Below, in pieces: positions 54,148 to 64,000 of a stretch of DNA of 64,000 nucleotides. The notes below the pieces were generated by a model, which was given only the letters and a program-made list of their open reading frames with translations, did no database searches and was not told where the DNA came from. The DNA lies in the NCBI GenBank assembly GCA_044374195.1, contig JBILOY010000001.1, positions 101,883 to 165,882 on the forward strand, given 5' to 3'. The DNA comes from Candidatus Nanopelagicales bacterium (GTDB lineage Bacteria; Actinomycetota; Actinomycetes; S36-B12). Position 1 is the stretch's first letter. Each line of letters begins with the position of its first letter. The position numbers and the translations under genes are program-made.

Positions 54148-55218
54148 GTGACTTCGCCCCTGGACGCTGCTGATCTTCGGGCCCGGGTGCAGCCGCTGAT
54201 CGATACTGCACTGGCCGAGCAGGGTGAGATCTTGACCTCGGTCGGCGATGACCTCACCCCCATGATCGAGTCTTTGCAGGGTCTGCTGGCCGGCGGCAAG
54301 CGCCTACGCCCGGCTTTTTGCTACTGGGGCTGGCGCAGCACCGGATACGACCCGGCCCTCGATGACCAAGCGATGAAGGCTGCTGCCTCACTGGAATTCC
54401 TGCAGGCGTGCGCCCTCATCCATGACGACGTCATGGATGGCTCCGATACCCGTCGCGGCATGCCCGCAGCGCACCGTAGGTTCGCGCACCTGCACCGTGG
54501 CGAGGGTTGGTCGGGCTCCCCCGAGAACTTCGGCCTGGGCGCGGCGATCTTGCTCGGCGATCTCTGCCTGTCGTGGGCTGACGAAATGCTTCTCGGCAGC
54601 GGCATGCCGGCCGAGGCCACTAATCGCGCAAAGGCCGTGTACGACCTGATGCGTACCGAACTCATGGCCGGTCAGTACCTCGATCTTCTCGAGCAGGCAC
54701 GCGGCGGCGGCTCAGTCGAGCGCGCACTGCGCGTCGTGCGCTACAAGTCGGCGAAGTACACGATCGAGCGTCCGTTGCATGTCGGCGCAGCGCTCGCGGG
54801 AGCCTCAAGCGAGGTCGTCGACGCTCTGTCGGGCTATGGCCTGCCGCTCGGCGAGGCTTTCCAGCTGCGCGACGACATCCTTGGCGTCTTCGGCGATCCG
54901 GCCGAAACAGGCAAGCCGGCCGGCGATGATCTTCGCGAAGGAAAGCGCACCGTTCTCATTGCCATCGCACATGAGCGTGCGAACCCCCATCAGGAGCGCA
55001 CCTTGCGTGAACTCGTCGGCGATCCGGGCCTCGATGCCTCCGGCGTCACCGAACTGCGCACGATCATCGCTGATACCGGCGCACTCGAGTACACCGAGAA
55101 CCTGATCACCGAACTTTTGGCTACGTCACTCTCTGCGGTCGCCCATCCGGGCATCACTGCGGAGGGCCAGGAGATCCTCACCCAGCTCGCATATGCGGCA
55201 ACCAAGCGATCGGTCTGA
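54148..55218 (+). CDS. crtE: Geranylgeranyl diphosphate synthase (IdsA/CrtE)
   Basis: GGKRLRP, LIHDDVMD..RRG, GQYLD, FQLRDD, DDLREGK. Confidence 0.9.
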   Translation: MTSPLDAADLRARVQPLIDTALAEQGEILTSVGDDLTPMIESLQGLLAGGKRLRPAFCYWGWRSTGYDPALDDQAMKAAASLEFLQACALIHDDVMDGSDTRRGMPAAHRRFAHLHRGEGWSGSPENFGLGAAILLGDLCLSWADEMLLGSGMPAEATNRAKAVYDLMRTELMAGQYLDLLEQARGGGSVERALRVVRYKSAKYTIERPLHVGAALAGASSEVVDALSGYGLPLGEAFQLRDDILGVFGDPAETGKPAGDDLREGKRTVLIAIAHERANPHQERTLRELVGDPGLDASGVTELRTIIADTGALEYTENLITELLATSLSAVAHPGITAEGQEILTQLAYAATKRSV

Positions 55219-55219
55219 C

Positions 55220-56770
55220 ATGAACGCGCTCTCCCGCTGGATCCCCACCGGCACTCCTCGCACCGTGAGCGGCGCGACCGACAACGTCGTGATCGTGGGT
55301 GCTGGCCTTGCCGGCCTTTCTGCCGCAATGCGCCTGGCAGGTGCGGGGCGCAAGGTCACGGTCATCGAAAGCGAGTCTGTGCCCGGCGGTCGTGCAGGGC
55401 GTCTGAACCTGACATCACCCGATGGCGTCTTCCGTATCGACACCGGCCCCACCGTGCTGACCATGCCCGATCTCATCGCCGACTGCTTCGACTGCCTGGG
55501 CGAGGAGATGAGCGACTGGCTGACCCTCGAGCCGGTGGCGCCGCTGTATCGCTCGTTCTATCCCGATGGCTCAGTACTCGACGTGCACTCGAATGTCGAC
55601 GAGATGGCCGCTGAGATCGAGTCCGTGATCGGTCCTGACGAGGCTGCCGGGTATCGCCGCTACGTCGACTTCGTCTCCAAGCTCTACAAGTACGAGATGA
55701 AGGACTTCATCGACCGCAATATTGACTCCCCACTTGACCTGCTGACTCCCGATCTCGCCAAGCTCGTCGCAATCGGCGGTTTCCGCAAGCTCGCACCGAA
55801 GGTGCGCGAGTTCATGAAGGATCCTCGTACCGAGCGCATCTTCTCCTTCCAGGCGATGTACGCCGGACTCTCGCCGTATGACGCCTTGGCGATCTACGCC
55901 GTGATCGCCTACATGGATTCAGTTGCAGGTGTCTTCTTCCCCAAGGGTGGCATGCACGCACTGCCCGAGGCGATGGCCAAGGCAGCCGAGAAGCACGGTG
56001 TGACGTTCATGTACAACACGACGGTCACCTCCGTCGAGACTTCAGGCAACCGCGCGGTTGCCGTTCTCACCTCAAATGGCGAGCGCATTCCCGCCGACAC
56101 CGTCGTACTCAACCCTGACCTGCCCGTCGCCTACCGCGATCTGCTCGGCAAGGAGCCGTGGTCGGTCCGCCGCCTGAACTACTCCCCCTCCTGCTTCCTG
56201 CTGCTTGCCGGCTCGAGCGCCAAGTACACGAAGACCACTCACCACAACATCCACTTCGGCAAGTCGTGGCGTGGCGTGTTCGATGAGCTCATCGACAAGC
56301 AGCAGCTGATGAGCGATCCGAGCATCCTCGTCACTAATCCCACGTATTCAGATCCCGATCTCGCACCCGCGGGCAAGGAGATCTACTACGTGCTCTTTCC
56401 GACGCCGAACCTCGATGCCGACATCGACTGGCGCGTCGAGGCTCCTCGTTACCGCGACCACATGGTCGAGATGCTCGAGAAGCGCGGCTACATCGGCTTC
56501 GGCGATGCCATCGAGGTTGAGAGCACGACATCCCCGCTCGACTGGCAGGCACGCGGCATGGAGCGCGGCGCTCCGTTCGCGGCCGCGCACTCCTTCTTGC
56601 AGACCGGCCCGTTCCGGCCGAGCAACATGTGGGGCGAGAACGTCGTATTCACCGGTTCGGGCACACAGCCAGGTGTCGGCGTGCCGATGGTGCTGATCTC
56701 CGGCCGACTCGCGGCCGAGCGCATTACCGGTGTCGATCGCTCGTATTCATCGCGCGCCCGTAGGGTCTAA
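55220..56770 (+). CDS. crtI: Phytoene desaturase
   Basis: VGAGLAGL, DTGPTVLTMP, PGVGVPMVLISG. Confidence 0.9.
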   Translation: MNALSRWIPTGTPRTVSGATDNVVIVGAGLAGLSAAMRLAGAGRKVTVIESESVPGGRAGRLNLTSPDGVFRIDTGPTVLTMPDLIADCFDCLGEEMSDWLTLEPVAPLYRSFYPDGSVLDVHSNVDEMAAEIESVIGPDEAAGYRRYVDFVSKLYKYEMKDFIDRNIDSPLDLLTPDLAKLVAIGGFRKLAPKVREFMKDPRTERIFSFQAMYAGLSPYDALAIYAVIAYMDSVAGVFFPKGGMHALPEAMAKAAEKHGVTFMYNTTVTSVETSGNRAVAVLTSNGERIPADTVVLNPDLPVAYRDLLGKEPWSVRRLNYSPSCFLLLAGSSAKYTKTTHHNIHFGKSWRGVFDELIDKQQLMSDPSILVTNPTYSDPDLAPAGKEIYYVLFPTPNLDADIDWRVEAPRYRDHMVEMLEKRGYIGFGDAIEVESTTSPLDWQARGMERGAPFAAAHSFLQTGPFRPSNMWGENVVFTGSGTQPGVGVPMVLISGRLAAERITGVDRSYSSRARRV

Positions 56771-56773
56771 CCC

Positions 56774-58228
56774 GTGTCGAACGGCCGGGCTTTCGTGCTG
56801 CGCCACGGCCTGGCCGGCCTGGCGGGCACAGCGCTCGTTGCCGTAGGCGCACTCGGCATCGGCTGGCTGCCACTCGAGACGAATCTGCTCGCCAATCCGC
56901 TGGTCGAGGCACTGCGCGGATCCCTGACCGGATCCCTGGTCGCGCGTGGTTTCGTCTTCATCGGCCTCGCAGTACTGCTGCAGGCCTGGCTTGTGCTTGG
57001 CGCCGAGCTTCGCGTCGCGCATCGCACTCGCGACATACTCGGTGTGCTCGCGCTCTGGTCTATTCCCCTGCTGCTTGCGCCGCCGATGTTCAGCCGTGAC
57101 GTCTACTCGTATTACGTGCAAGGTCGCCTGCTGGAGTCAGGGATTGATCCCACGACCAATGGCGTCGCCAGTGTCTCGGGCTGGTTCCAGGACGGCGCTG
57201 ACCCGATGTGGGCCGAGGCGCCGACGCCGTACGGCCCGCTGTTCTTGATGATCGAGCGTGCGGTGGCCTCCTTCGCTCACCCGAATGCTTACCTCGCCGG
57301 AATCCTGTTCAGGCTCGTGGCTGTCGTCGGTGTCGTGCTGCTGGCGTTCTACGTGCCGCGGCTGGCCCGCAGCCTCGGAGTTAACGAGGGTCGCGCCTTG
57401 TGGCTCGGCGTGCTCAATCCGTTGATCCTCATGCACTTCATCTCCGGTGCCCACAACGATGCCCTCATGGTCGGCCTGCTCGTTGCCGGCCTGAGCCTGG
57501 CTGTCTGCAATCGATGTGTGTGGGGTGGCGTGCTCGTGGCCGGTGCCGCGTGCGTAAAGCCGATAGCGCTCGTCGCTCTGCCGTTCGTCGGCCTGCTGTG
57601 GGCAGGAATGAACTCGAGTTGGTGGGCGCGCATCAAGGCTTGGCTGATCACCGCACTTGTCGCCGCCATCACGATCGTGTGTGTCTATCTCGTCGCCGAC
57701 ACCGGCTACGGCGTGATCAGCGCTGCCTTCAGCACCCCCTCGGGTGTGCTCACCTGGCTCTCACCCTCGACCGCGATCGGCCAGATCGTCGGTTACGCAA
57801 CCACGTGGCTGGGCATCACCGCTGACGGCATGGGGGCGGTCACCGTGGTGCGCGCCATCGCGAGCATCGCCGCCCTGGGCATCGTGGCCTGGCTCATCCT
57901 GCGCCCAGGCACCCGAAATCCCGTGCGCGGTGCGGCCCTCGCACTCGGGACGCTCGTGGTTTTGGGACCCGTGATCCAGCCCTGGTACCTGCTGTGGTTC
58001 CTACCGCTCTTCGCCGCCGCCGGACTCTCTGCTCGTGAAACTCAGATCGCAGTTCTCGCCACGGCCGCCTTTACTGTGCACGCAATGGTGGAGAGCAGCG
58101 CAACATCCGATAACTTCCTCGACGTGACTGATGGCATTACCTTCCTGCTCGCCGTGGCGATTACTGCGGTGATCTTGCTCGCGAGCCCGCGCGAGCGCAG
58201 GCTCGTCCTCGGTGGTGACCCCGCATGA
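56774..58228 (+). CDS. MptA/MptB-like polyprenol-phosphomannose alpha-1,6-mannosyltransferase (GT-C)
   Basis: FSRDVYSY, TPYGPLF, NPL..H...GAHND, PWY. Confidence 0.85.
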   Translation: MSNGRAFVLRHGLAGLAGTALVAVGALGIGWLPLETNLLANPLVEALRGSLTGSLVARGFVFIGLAVLLQAWLVLGAELRVAHRTRDILGVLALWSIPLLLAPPMFSRDVYSYYVQGRLLESGIDPTTNGVASVSGWFQDGADPMWAEAPTPYGPLFLMIERAVASFAHPNAYLAGILFRLVAVVGVVLLAFYVPRLARSLGVNEGRALWLGVLNPLILMHFISGAHNDALMVGLLVAGLSLAVCNRCVWGGVLVAGAACVKPIALVALPFVGLLWAGMNSSWWARIKAWLITALVAAITIVCVYLVADTGYGVISAAFSTPSGVLTWLSPSTAIGQIVGYATTWLGITADGMGAVTVVRAIASIAALGIVAWLILRPGTRNPVRGAALALGTLVVLGPVIQPWYLLWFLPLFAAAGLSARETQIAVLATAAFTVHAMVESSATSDNFLDVTDGITFLLAVAITAVILLASPRERRLVLGGDPA

Positions 58229-59196
58229 GCAAGCGAGATCTCGATGAGGCCGGCATCACCGGGGCGCAGATGCGCGAGTCGTACGAACTGTGCCGCGAGC
58301 TGAACAAGAAGTACGGCCGCACGTACTACCTCGCCACCTTGCTGCTGCCCCCGGGCAAGCGTCCCTACGTGCACGCTCTCTATGGATTCGCCCGCTACGC
58401 CGACGAAATCGTCGATGACCTCAACTCCACTCTCACCGACGAACAGAAGGCCGAATGGCTGCGCGGATGGGGCGAGGGGTTCTTGGCTGATGTGGCGCGC
58501 GGTCACTCCGATGACCCAGTGTGCCGCGCAGTTGTCGACACCGTGCTGCGCTGGGATATCCCGCTCGAGTACTTCACGGCCTTCCTGCACTCGATGACCA
58601 TGGATCTCACCGTCACTGAGTACCGCACCTTTGATGATCTCTACGAGTACGTCTACGGCTCCGCCGCAGTCATTGGCTTGCAGATGGTGCCGATTCTGGA
58701 GCCCGAAGCTGCCGAGGCCTTCGATCGAGCGCGCGACCTCGGCATTGCCTTCCAGCTCGCGAACTTCATCCGCGATGTTAACGAGGATCTCGATCGCGGA
58801 CGCGTCTACCTGCCGCTCGACGAGCTGGCTGAGTTCGGCGTGACGCGTGCCGATCTCGAAAAGCGCGAGGCAACACCTGCAGTCAAGGCTGCGCTCGCTG
58901 GGCAGATTGCTCGGGTCAAGGATCTCGAGGAGCGCTCACGTTCCGGTATCGCGCTGCTGCATCCGTCATCGCGTGACTGCATCGAGGCAGCACGCATTCT
59001 GTACTGCGGCATCGTCGACGAGGTCGTCAATCAGGATTACGAGGTGTTCCGCACCCGGGCCACCGTGCCGATGCGCCGACGACTGGCCGTCGCGTTGCCC
59101 GCCTGGCGTCGAGCGCGCGCCGCGCGCAAGAAGTTCGGCCCCGGCCACGTGCAGGGCATCAGCCCCGGCGATACCACCGTGGAGGCCCGGCCATAG
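58225..59196 (+). CDS. crtB: Phytoene synthase
   Basis: ALYGFARYADEIVD, AFQLANFIRDV.ED..RGRVYLP. Confidence 0.93.
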   Translation: MSKRDLDEAGITGAQMRESYELCRELNKKYGRTYYLATLLLPPGKRPYVHALYGFARYADEIVDDLNSTLTDEQKAEWLRGWGEGFLADVARGHSDDPVCRAVVDTVLRWDIPLEYFTAFLHSMTMDLTVTEYRTFDDLYEYVYGSAAVIGLQMVPILEPEAAEAFDRARDLGIAFQLANFIRDVNEDLDRGRVYLPLDELAEFGVTRADLEKREATPAVKAALAGQIARVKDLEERSRSGIALLHPSSRDCIEAARILYCGIVDEVVNQDYEVFRTRATVPMRRRLAVALPAWRRARAARKKFGPGHVQGISPGDTTVEARP

Positions 59197-59542
59197 GAGT
59201 GCGCTGCACTCCCCTGCGCCCCCAGAAGACCCACAGCGACAGCGACATCAGCACGATCGCGAAGCCGAAGAGGAGATCCTCGACCGGTGCGAACGCGAGG
59301 CGACCATCGCCGATGAAGGGCGGCGGACCTTCCACCGGCGAGGTGCTGCCAATGATCGCGTCACCGTCGTACTTCACGATGCCGAAGCCGGTGAACATGC
59401 CGTTGGTGATGAGCTGGAAGAACACGATGATTGCGTACGAGGCCCAGAAGATCTTGCGGGTGACCAGCCTGGTGCGCAGGATCCAAAGGTCGAGAGAGAT
59501 CATCACGATTACGGCAACGACGCCCAGTTGGGTGTAGGTCAT
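59159..59542 (-). CDS. Heterodimeric lycopene cyclase subunit (CrtYd-like)
   Basis: MTYT..DL..IVKY..APVEDLLFGF; 3' end overlaps the 3' end of crtB. Confidence 0.82.
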   Translation of the reverse strand: MTYTQLGVVAVIVMISLDLWILRTRLVTRKIFWASYAIIVFFQLITNGMFTGFGIVKYDGDAIIGSTSPVEGPPPFIGDGRLAFAPVEDLLFGFAIVLMSLSLWVFWGRRGVQRTPMAGPPRWYRRG

Positions 59543-59874
59543 GGTGACTCCTCGTCGCCGGCCCGCCAGCCCCTCACCGAGCGCACGGCCTCGAAGGTCA
59601 GGATCGAGGCGAGCGGGATCACGATGAAGAACAGCACCTCGTCGAGCGGCACGGCCGGCGGGATGAAGATGCCCAATATCCGGTTCTGGTCGAATGACCA
59701 GTGTTCGGCCGCGACCGCATAGGCATCCCAAAGGAAGAAGACGACGACGACTGGCGCGATCGAGAGCAGCAGTCGCTTCCATCGACGCAGCACGCGGGTG
59801 CGCATCATGATCTCGAGCCAGCCGGAGCCGATGAGCACGAAGCCCAGGACGGCGACATAGGACAGGCGACTCAC
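59539..59874 (-). CDS. Heterodimeric lycopene cyclase subunit (CrtYc-like)
   Basis: FFLWD..A..HWSFD..G..VPLDEVLFF. Confidence 0.85.
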   Translation of the reverse strand: MSRLSYVAVLGFVLIGSGWLEIMMRTRVLRRWKRLLLSIAPVVVVFFLWDAYAVAAEHWSFDQNRILGIFIPPAVPLDEVLFFIVIPLASILTFEAVRSVRGWRAGDEESP

Positions 59875-59922
59875 CCCCCAAGTATGGTCGCTTCACGCGC
59901 AAGGGTGGCGGAGAGGATCGAC

Positions 59923-60447
59923 ATGCGACAGGCAGGGCTGCTGGGTGCCGAGTGCACCGGCAAGACCTCGGTTGCTAGTGCCCTGGCCGCTGAGCTCAGC
60001 GCGATTCACGTGCCCGAAGCGCTGCGCTCCTTCGTCGAGACTCGAGGGCGAGTGCCAGCAGTGGAGGATCAGGCCGGCATTCTGAGCGAGCAGCGCGCCG
60101 GCGTGCAGATGGCTCGCCTTGATCACCCTGACTCACTCCTCATCTGCGACCCGCTTGCCTTGATGACCGCGATCTACTCGATTGCCTACTTCGATGACTC
60201 GAGCCTGCTCGCCGATGCGATCGAGGATGCGCGCACCTATGACCTCATTTGGTGGTGCCGACCTGACCTTCCCTGGACTCCTGACGGCAACCAGCGCGAC
60301 GGCGAGGAGCGCCGCAGCCAGGTCGACGCGCTGATTGGGCAGATCGTCACTGAAGCCGGGCTCACTGTGGTCGAGCTGCACGGCAGCATCGACACCCGCA
60401 TACGTGAGGCGATCAACAGCGTGCAGGGGCGTGTGACTCCCGAGTAG
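59923..60447 (+). CDS. NadR/Ttd14-like AAA_28 P-loop ATPase/kinase
   Basis: GAECTGKTS, VPE..R, LICD, YDL..PDLPW..DG.QRD. Confidence 0.8.
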   Translation: MRQAGLLGAECTGKTSVASALAAELSAIHVPEALRSFVETRGRVPAVEDQAGILSEQRAGVQMARLDHPDSLLICDPLALMTAIYSIAYFDDSSLLADAIEDARTYDLIWWCRPDLPWTPDGNQRDGEERRSQVDALIGQIVTEAGLTVVELHGSIDTRIREAINSVQGRVTPE

Positions 60448-60476
60448 GGGTCGCTACGACACCTAGACTCGCGTGG

Positions 60477-62345
60477 ATGGAGACCCCTGCGCGCGGAAGC
60501 CTTGTTGGCACCGTTGTCGATGGTCGCTATGAGGTTCGCGCGATGCTCGCCCGCGGCGGCATGGCCACCGTCTACGAAGCCGTCGATCTCCGACTCGACC
60601 GGGTCGTGGCCCTCAAGGTCATGCATGCTCACCTAGCCGATGATCCTGACTTCGTCAGCCGCTTCGAGCGCGAGGCCAAGGCCGCTGCACGCCTGACCCA
60701 CCCGCACGTGGTCGGGGTGTACGACCAGGGCAAGGCCGACGGTCATGTCTACCTCGCGATGGAATACGTGCCGGGGCGCACCCTGCGCGATGTGATGAAG
60801 CAGTTCGGTCCGCTGACCCCCGAGCAGTCGCTCGTGCTGCTCGACCCGATCCTCGAAGCTCTTGAGGCTGCGCACGGCGCCGGCTTCGTCCATCGCGACA
60901 TCAAGCCCGAGAACGTGCTCATCTCCGATGACGGTCGAGTCAAGGTTGCCGACTTCGGCCTGGCTCGCGCAGTCGAGACCAGCAATGCGAGCGCAACCCA
61001 GGGCATGATCATCGGCACCGTCGCGTATCTCTCCCCCGAGCAGGTCGAGCGCGGCGACGCCGACGGCCGCTCCGATGTCTACGCTTCGGGCATCCTGCTG
61101 TTCGAGATGATCACCGGCCAGGTGCCCCACGCCGGTGACAGCCCACTCTCGGTCGCCTACAAGCACGTGAACTCCGATGTGCCTGCGCCGTCGACGGTGA
61201 ATTCCGCAATTCAGCCTGATGTCGATGCGCTCGTGATCACCGCAACTCGTCGTGATCCCGAGGCCCGTTACCCCGATGCCGCAAGCTTCCTGGCTGATGT
61301 TCGCCGGGTGCGCGCCACGCTTCCGCGCCCTCGCCCCTTCACTGATTCGCGCGACACTCTCGTGGTCGATGCGTCGATGACCCAACGGATTGCCGCCGGT
61401 GCGCGCCCCCCGCAGCAGCAACAGCAGCCAGCGGCGCCGATCGAGTATCGCCGATCGCGCAAGGGACGCTGGATCGCTCTGATCGTCGCCATCGCCGTGC
61501 TGCTCGCCGCCCTCGGTGGCTGGCTCATCGCCGGCAGCATCCTCGCGCCCAAGGTGCCTGTGCCGAGCATCGTCGGTCTCACCCAGACGGAAGCCCAGTC
61601 CACTCTCGCCACCGCTGGACTCACCCTCGCCGTCAGCGAGCAGCAATTCAGCGAGAACGCACCCAAGGACACTGTCATCAGTTCTGACCCCGCACCAGGC
61701 GGCGAGGTCGCGGAGGGCGGCACGGTTGATGCCGTGATCTCCAAGGGCCCCGAGCGCTACGCCGTGCCTGATGTCACGGGTATGACACCTGACGCCGCCG
61801 TCACTGAGATCACCGCAGCGAAACTCGTGGCCGGCGCGCAAACTCAGGTCTTCGACGACACGGTGGCCGTCGGTTCAGTCGCCGGCACCGACCCCAAGAT
61901 CGGCACCTCGGTCAAGCCCGGTACTTCAGTGAGCATCCTGATCTCCAAGGGCCCCAAGCCGGTGCCCGTCCCCGACATCGACGGCAAGAAGTCGGCGGTC
62001 GCGCAGGCAGCACTTACCGAGGTCGGCCTGATCCCGGTGATCACCGAGAAGTACTCCGAGAAGGTGCCCGAGGGCCAGGTCATCAAGGTGACCCCGAAGC
62101 CCGGCACTGTCGTGAACTCGGGCACTGAGGTCGAACTCGTGGTCTCCAAGGGCCCGCCGCCTGTCGAGGTGCCCACGCTCGTCGACCTGCGCAAGTCGCA
62201 GGCGATCGCGATCTTGAAGAAGCTCGGTTTGGTGCCGAAGGTCATCTCGGCCGGCTTTACGCCGCTCAATCGCGTGTTCAGTCAGGATCCGCCTGCAGGA
62301 ACGATGATCCCCAAGGGCAGCGTCGTCACCATCAGGATTGTCTGA
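60477..62345 (+). CDS. pknL: Ser/Thr protein kinase with PASTA domains (PknL-like)
   Basis: ARGGMATVY, HRDIKPEN, DFG, TM, four PASTA repeats; syntenic with mptA-like and aroG genes. Confidence 0.9.
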   Translation: METPARGSLVGTVVDGRYEVRAMLARGGMATVYEAVDLRLDRVVALKVMHAHLADDPDFVSRFEREAKAAARLTHPHVVGVYDQGKADGHVYLAMEYVPGRTLRDVMKQFGPLTPEQSLVLLDPILEALEAAHGAGFVHRDIKPENVLISDDGRVKVADFGLARAVETSNASATQGMIIGTVAYLSPEQVERGDADGRSDVYASGILLFEMITGQVPHAGDSPLSVAYKHVNSDVPAPSTVNSAIQPDVDALVITATRRDPEARYPDAASFLADVRRVRATLPRPRPFTDSRDTLVVDASMTQRIAAGARPPQQQQQPAAPIEYRRSRKGRWIALIVAIAVLLAALGGWLIAGSILAPKVPVPSIVGLTQTEAQSTLATAGLTLAVSEQQFSENAPKDTVISSDPAPGGEVAEGGTVDAVISKGPERYAVPDVTGMTPDAAVTEITAAKLVAGAQTQVFDDTVAVGSVAGTDPKIGTSVKPGTSVSILISKGPKPVPVPDIDGKKSAVAQAALTEVGLIPVITEKYSEKVPEGQVIKVTPKPGTVVNSGTEVELVVSKGPPPVEVPTLVDLRKSQAIAILKKLGLVPKVISAGFTPLNRVFSQDPPAGTMIPKGSVVTIRIV

Positions 62346-62795
62346 TCAGCCGAGCGCGTAGCCCTCGTGCTCAAGTAGTGCCCGCTTGAGATCAAGTCCG
62401 TAGGCGTAACCGCCAAGCCCAGTGCTCGCCACAATGCGATGGCACGGCACGAACAGCATCACCGTGTTCAGTGCGCAAGCCGTGCCTGCTGCTCGCGCGG
62501 CGCCGGGATGACCTGCACGTGAGGCAAGATCGCCGTACGTGAGCACCTCACCCGCGGGGATGGTGCGCATGGCCTGCCAGGCGCGCATTCGGAAATCAGG
62601 GCCATGCTGCAGCACAGGTGCTTCGTCGAGAGCTGCGATGTCACCATCGTTGTAGCGCTGCATGATGTCGGTGAGCCACGGGACTTTGCTTCCGCCTGCG
62701 CGCTGATCGCTAAGTCGAGCCGAGATGATCGCGTTGTCGTCGACGACAACTTCCATCACACCGTGCGGGATTCGAAACCGCGTGGCCTGCGCCAT
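62346..62795 (-). CDS. ogt: Methylated-DNA-protein-cysteine methyltransferase
   Basis: IPAGEVLTYG, ARAAG.A, PCHR, K..LL.HE. Confidence 0.92.
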   Translation of the reverse strand: MAQATRFRIPHGVMEVVVDDNAIISARLSDQRAGGSKVPWLTDIMQRYNDGDIAALDEAPVLQHGPDFRMRAWQAMRTIPAGEVLTYGDLASRAGHPGAARAAGTACALNTVMLFVPCHRIVASTGLGGYAYGLDLKRALLEHEGYALG

Positions 62796-62797
62796 GA

Positions 62798-64000
62798 CTA
62801 CTTCGCGAGCAGCATGTCAGCGACGAGGAAGGAAAGCTCGAGGCTCTGCTCCCTATTCAGTCGCGGATCGCAGGCAGTCTCGTAACGGTCACCGAGATCG
62901 CTCTCGAGAACGCCACCGGTGCCGCCCACACACTCGGTGACATCGTCACCGGTGAGCTCGATGTGAATGCCGCCGGGAACGGTTCCGAGTGCGTGGTGCA
63001 CCTCAAAGAAGCCCTTGACCTCATCGACGACATCGTCGAAGACACGAGTCTTGTGACCTGTGGTCGCCTCGCGGGTATTGCCATGCATCGGATCACAGAC
63101 CCACACGACCGGAATGCCGGAGTCGCGCACTGCAGAAACGATCGCGGGCAGTGCTTCGCGCACCTTGCCTGCACCCATGCGGGTAATCAGAGTGAGACGA
63201 CCGGGCACGCGCTCGGGGTTGAGCAACTCGCACATCTGCACGATGTCAGCGGGGTCAGCGGTCGGGCCGACCTTCACGCCGATCGGGTTATGGATCACCG
63301 AGGCGAAGTGCACGTGAGCGCCGTCGACCTGGCGGGTGCGCTCACCGATCCAGAGGAAGTGACCTGACACGTCATAGGCATTGCCGGTGCGCGAGTCGAT
63401 GCGGGTGAGCGCACGCTCGTAGTCGATGGAGAGTGCCTCATGCGCGGCGTAGAAGTCGACGCGCTGGAACTCCTCCGGGTCAGCCCCGCAGGCAGTCATG
63501 AACGACAGCGCGCGATCGATGTCGCCGGCCATCTGGTCGTAGCGCTGGCCCGCGGCGGAGTCACGCACGAAGTCCTGATTCCAGGAGTGAACCTGGCGAA
63601 GGTCGGCGTATCCGCCCTGGGTGAACGCACGCACGAGGTTAAGCGCTGCGCTCGAGGCGTTGTAAGCACGAACAAGGCGCTGCGCGTCGGGGCGACGCGA
63701 GGCCGGCTCGAACTCGATGGCGTTCACGGCATCGCCGAAGTAGGAGTTGAGCTCGACACCCTCGCGAGTCTCATGAGCCTTGCTACGGGGCTTGAAGTAC
63801 TGACCCGCGAGGCGGCCGACCTTGATGACGGGCAGCGACGCCGCGTACTGCAACACGACCGCCATCTGGAGCACGGTCTTCAGGCGAGCTCGGATGCTCT
63901 CGGCGTTGTTGGCCTCGAAGGTCTCGGCGCAATCGCCGCCCATAAGCACGAAGGCCTCACCGCGCGAGGCGGCGGCCAGCTGGTGCATGAGCTTGTCGCA
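62798..64000 (-). CDS. aroG: Class II DAHP synthase (5' end outside the window)
   Basis: GGDCAETF, GRLAGQYFKPRS, WIGERTRQ, DPMHGNT, ETACDPRLN. Confidence 0.95.
   Translation of the reverse strand, partial: CDKLMHQLAAASRGEAFVLMGGDCAETFEANNAESIRARLKTVLQMAVVLQYAASLPVIKVGRLAGQYFKPRSKAHETREGVELNSYFGDAVNAIEFEPASRRPDAQRLVRAYNASSAALNLVRAFTQGGYADLRQVHSWNQDFVRDSAAGQRYDQMAGDIDRALSFMTACGADPEEFQRVDFYAAHEALSIDYERALTRIDSRTGNAYDVSGHFLWIGERTRQVDGAHVHFASVIHNPIGVKVGPTADPADIVQMCELLNPERVPGRLTLITRMGAGKVREALPAIVSAVRDSGIPVVWVCDPMHGNTREATTGHKTRVFDDVVDEVKGFFEVHHALGTVPGGIHIELTGDDVTECVGGTGGVLESDLGDRYETACDPRLNREQSLELSFLVADMLLAK

Overview
High-GC actinobacterial chromosome window; the gene content suggests a free-living, possibly freshwater, actinomycete (inference). 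The core backbone is the dcw cluster (mraZ-rsmH-ftsL-ftsI-murEF-mraY-murD-ftsW-murGC-ftsQ ... ftsZ) and the conserved metF/idsA-mptA-pknL-aroG neighbourhood, here expanded into a carotenoid cluster. ftsQ and ftsZ, normally adjacent, are split by an ~18 kb integrase-less accessory island. The island holds restriction enzymes (VcaM4I-like EVE-HNH, MmeI-like type IIL, a GIY-YIG/RAMA-like pseudogene), several toxin-antitoxin genes and orphan antitoxins, secreted proteins sharing an unrecognised ~40-aa Cys/Trp module, and a collagen-like protein flanked by three glycosyltransferases. Outside the island: a LexA + PafBC-type promoter driving a DUF6504-HEPN-dnaE2 cassette near dinB with no imuA/imuB in the window; an unannotated 43-aa ORF inside the dcw operon; a 33-bp tandem repeat upstream of mraZ; and a MIRU-like 32-bp repeat whose units encode overlapping 12-aa mini-ORFs between two carotenoid genes. 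All family assignments come from motif recognition by eye, not database searches.
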